Shown here: piece by piece, positions 60,001 through 64,000 of the stretch
Layout of the letters: the number at the start of each line of letters is the position of its first letter
Position numbering within the stretch: the stretch's first letter is position 1
NCBI GenBank assembly: GCA_026025795.1
Contig: JAPEUG010000036.1
Location: forward strand, 1-64,000
Source of the DNA: Thelocarpon superellum
Lineage: Eukaryota
Direction of reading: 5' to 3'
Length of the DNA: 64,000 bases
Program-made: the position numbers and the translations under genes
Notes under the pieces: model-generated
Databases searched by the model: none
Told to the model about the DNA's origin: nothing
Seen by the model: the letters and a program-made list of their open reading frames with translations, nothing else

Positions 60001-63000
60001 CGAGGAGCGCTTCACCACCGAGACGGGTCGTGCCTCGCTCTTGCAGTCCTACAACGAGCTGAACACGCCCGACCCGGTCGTGGCCAAGATTCTGACCGCC
60101 TATCCGCAGGCTGAGCGCCAACTCATCAACGCCCAAGACGTACAGCACTTTCTATTACTCTGCCAGCGACGCGGCCAGAAGCCTGTGCCCTTTGTCCCCT
60201 GCTTGGATGAGAATTTCGAATTCTTCTTCAAGAAAGACTCCTTATGGCAGTCGGAGGACCTGGAGGCGGTGGTCGACCAAGATGTCGGCCGCACCTGTAT
60301 CCTCCAAGGCCCGACGGCGGCAAAGTATTCGCGCGTCATCGACGAACCCATCAAGGACATTCTCGACGGGATTCACACTGCTCACGTGGCTCGTCTGACC
60401 GAGAAGGTGTACGCCGGTCAGGCCGCGTCCATCCCCACGGTGGAGTACTTTGGTGGCCGTCTCCTGGGCGGTGACGATGAGCTCGATGTGGAAGGTCTGA
60501 CGACGAGCGTGGAGGACCACAAGATCACCTATCGCCTGTCCAAGTCGGCCCAGTCGTCCCTGCCAGACCTTGATGCCTGGCTCGCGCTGCTGGCGGGCAC
60601 GACATACTCGTGGCGACACGCGCTTTTCACGTCCGAGGTCTTCATCCAGGGTCAGAAGTTCCAGACCAACCCGATGAAGCGCATCTTTGCGCCCACTCAC
60701 GGCCTCGTGGTTGAGATCGCGAACCCGCACCAAGCGGCGCAGACCGTCATCACGGTGTCGGAGCTTTCTTACGGGACCACGTATGTCAAGGTCATCCAGG
60801 TCTCGTTATCGGGCGAGAACGAGATCCAAGTGCAGCTGCTGGAAGAGCGCTCGGCCGAGGGAGCGGCGGTGGCGCTGCCCCTCAAATTCAACTATCGGCC
60901 CGAGACGGGCTACGCGCCCATCCACGAGGTCATGGAGGGACGCAACACGCGCATCAAGGAATTCTATTACCGGCTTTGGTTCGGCAACGAAGTCGCGCCG
61001 CTCGACGCCGACGTGACGGACAGCTTCGAGGGCGGGACGGTGACGGTGACGGCACAGGCCATCTTGGACTTTGTGCACGCCGTCGGCAACACGGGTGAGG
61101 CCTTTGTGGACCGGGCCGGTAAGGAGGTGCTAGCGCCCATGGACTTTGCCATCGTGGTGGGATGGAAGGCCATCATCAAGCCCATTTTTCCGCGGGCCAT
61201 TGACGGCGACCTCCTCAAGCTCGTGCATCTGTCGAATGGCTTCCGCATGCTACCGGGCGCCGACCCGCTGAAGAAGGGCGACGTGCTCTCGACCAGGGCA
61301 GAGGTGAACGCCGTCATCAATCAATCCTCGGGCAAGATGGTGGAGGTGTGCGGCACGATCACTCGTGAGGGCCGTCCAGTGATGGAAGTGACGAGTCAGT
61401 TCCTCTACCGTGGAGCCTACTCCGACTACGAGAATACGTTCCAGCGAAAGTACGAGACGCCGATGCAGGTGCACCTGGCTTCCTCTAAGGACGTGGCGGT
61501 GCTCCTGTCTAAGGAGTGGTTCCATTTTGACGAGCCTGACATTGAGCTCCTCGGCCAGACGCTCACCTTCCGGCTTCAGAGCGTGGTACGCTTCCAGAAT
61601 CAGACGGTCTTCCGCAGCGTGGTGACGCAGGGACCGGTGCTGCTGGAGCTTCCGACCAAGGAGATCATCGAGGTGGCGACGGTGGAGTATTCGGCCGGGG
61701 TGTCGCACGGCAACCCGGTGATCGATTACCTGCAGCGACACGGATCTTCCATCGAGCAGCCGGTGCATTTTGAGCACGCCATCCCGCTGAACGGCAGCAA
61801 GACACCGTTGGTGCTCCGGGCGCCGGCGTCCAACGAGACGTACGCGCGCGTGTCGGGTGACTTCAACCCGATCCACGTGTCACGCGTGTTCTCGCGCTAC
61901 GCCAACCTGCCAGGCACCATCACGCACGGCATGTACTCCAGCGCAGCGGTGCGCAGCCTGGTGGAGACGTGGGCGGCAGAGAACCACGTGGGCCGCGTGC
62001 GAAGCTTCCACTGCTCGCTCGTGGGCATGGTGCTCCCCAACGACGACCTCGACGTGCGTCTGCAACACGTGGGCATGGTGGCGGGCCGCAAGATCATCAA
62101 GGTCGAGGCGCGCAAGCAGGCCACGGACGAGCCGGTGCTGACGGGCGAGGCCGAGGTGGAGCAACCGGTGTCGTCGTACGTCTTCACGGGCCAGGGGTCG
62201 CAGGAGCAAGGCATGGGGATGGATCTGTACGCCAGCAGCCCGGTGGCGCAGGAAGTGTGGGACCGGGCGGACAAGCACCTGATGGACAACTACGGCTTCT
62301 CGATCATCAACATCGTCAAGAACAACCCCAAGGAGCTGACCATCTACTTTGGCGGACCGCGCGGCAAGGCGATCCGGCAGAACTACATGGCCATGACCTT
62401 CGAGACGGTGGCGGCGGACGGCAGCATCAAGTCGGAGAAGATCTTCAAGGAAGTGGACGAGTCGTCGACCTCGTACACGTACCGCTCGCCCACGGGGCTG
62501 CTTTCGGCGACGCAGTTCACCCAACCGGCACTGACGCTGATGGAAAAGGCCAGCTTCGAGGACATGCGGTCCAAGGGCCTGGTGCAGAGCAACAGCAGCT
62601 TCGCCGGCCATTCGTTGGGCGAGTATTCGGCCCTGGCGGCCCTGGCCGAGGTGATGCCGATTGAGAGTCTGGTGTCGGTCGTGTACTACCGTGGACTCAC
62701 GATGCAAGTGGCGGTGGAGCGCGACCAGGCGGGCCGTTCGAACTACTCGATGTGCGCGGTCAACCCGAGCCGCATCTCCAAGAGTATGCCGGCCGTTGGG
62801 TGCTGTTGCTCGTCGTTTGTCTTGGGGTGCATGCTAATTGACGTGCGCAGCGTTCAACGAGCAAGCGCTTCAGTACGTGGTGGAGAACATCGCCGAGGCC
62901 ACGTCATGGTTGCTGGAGATTGTGAACTACAACATTGCGAACGCGCAATACGTGTGCGCGGGTGATGTGCGTGCCATCCCTTCGGCTCGCCGCGCGCAGT

Positions 63001-63545
63001 ACTTACCTCAGAATAGCTTCGTGCGCTGGATTGCCTGACGAACGTGACCAACTACCTCAAGACGCAGAAGGTGGACATTCAAGCCCTGACGCAGCAGATG
63101 TCGTTGGAAGACGTCAAGGCGCACCTGGTGGAAATCATCCGCGAGTGCGCCAAGCAGACGGAGGCCAAGCCGAAGCCGCTGGAGCTGCAACGTGGATTCG
63201 CCACGATCCCGCTCAAGGGCATCGACGTGCCCTTCCACTCGACCTTCCTCCGCTCCGGGGTCAAGCCCTTCCGCAGCTTCCTGTTGAAGAAGATCATCAA
63301 GACGACCATCGACCCGAGCAAGCTGGTGGGCAAGTATATCCCCAACGTCACCGCCAAGCCGTTTGAGATCACCAAGGAGTACTTTGAGGAGGTGTACAAG
63401 TTGACCAACTCCCCACGCATCGGTCACGTGTTGGCCAATGTAAGTGCTCCGTGCCGTGTACCGTGAGCACCGTCCTGACCCGTCCATTTAGTGGGACAAG
63501 TACGAAGACCCGAAGGTGGAGATGGCCAAAGCCCCCGTAGCATGA
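57098..63545 (+). CDS. FAS1: Fatty acid synthase beta subunit (AT-ER-DH-MPT), 4 coding exons
   Basis: Start [57 protein letters not shown]. Three 3' introns; stop at 63543-63545. Confidence 0.98.
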
Positions 63546-64000
63546 GAGGATGGGGGCGTGATGGATCGATCCTTACAGCCTGCGTGAATATGGTCCTCAG
63601 ACCGTCTGCGTGTACATAAGAAGATTGCTAGCAGAAATAGAATGCCTTGCTCACTCATATTCTTCATGATCACCCAGCATGTTGACGAGAACACGGGTAT
63701 GACCAAGCTCGGACCACGCGACGAGGCGACATCCGATATCGAGTGTGACGGGCCGGGTAGTAGTGTGGTTGATTTCAAAGCGTAGAGCATCTCCTTAGCC
63801 GCAGTGCACCTTGCCAGTCTACTCGTATTCGTGTACGAGGTCCGCAGCCTATCACGTTACGGCATGAAGTAATGTTAGACTACTCGTCCTTTTTGTCACC
63901 TGTGTGACTACAGAACTTCTGACCGGGGGGCCTTGGCGGCTCCACATGCGGACTCGGAGCCCCTCATATCCCGTCACCGACACACCGCCGACACGCTCTG

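Noticed and set aside
49812..63545. FAS pair as part of a secondary-metabolite cluster (HexA/HexB type)
   Set aside because: The alpha subunit has a complete PPT domain, both sequences look like primary FAS, and no PKS, NRPS, P450 or cluster transporter is in the window. The region right of 64000 is unseen.
63546..64000. Possible terminal exon of a minus-strand gene at the right edge
   Set aside because: Only short frames with no recognisable motif; needs the adjacent window.

Overview
GC-rich, gene-dense, intron-rich DNA from a filamentous ascomycete (Pezizomycotina; the species cannot be read from the sequence). I can support 24 protein-coding genes, nearly all housekeeping. In order: ARL1, a small OB-fold gene, HGH1, RER1, mitochondrial enoyl-CoA hydratase, an NmrA-like protein, IST2/anoctamin, a metallophosphoesterase, flavocytochrome b2, a Rab24-like GTPase, YKT6, the SLH1/ASCC3 helicase, a low-complexity hypothetical, profilin, GOT1, IES6, DAD4, ARP5, a KapC-like bZIP, an RBR E3 ligase, a DUF676/ROG1-like hydrolase, a DAGK-domain kinase, and the divergent FAS2/FAS1 pair. 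Gene coordinates are start-to-stop spans that I spliced by hand. The clearest non-host structure is an 810-bp non-autonomous DNA transposon at 197-1006. It has ~100-bp terminal inverted repeats ending TAC...GTA and a 6-bp target-site duplication (CGTATT), an IS3EU-like signature. Its interior is CpG-depleted and holds a decayed AT-hook reading frame. Other points of interest: a stand-alone RPA70N/TPP1-Est3-like OB-fold gene, clustering of the INO80 partner genes IES6 and ARP5, a flavocytochrome b2 ending in a PTS1 signal, and a possible spliced uORF leader on FAS1. I found no tRNA, rRNA or CRISPR array. All family calls rest on motif recognition, not database searches.
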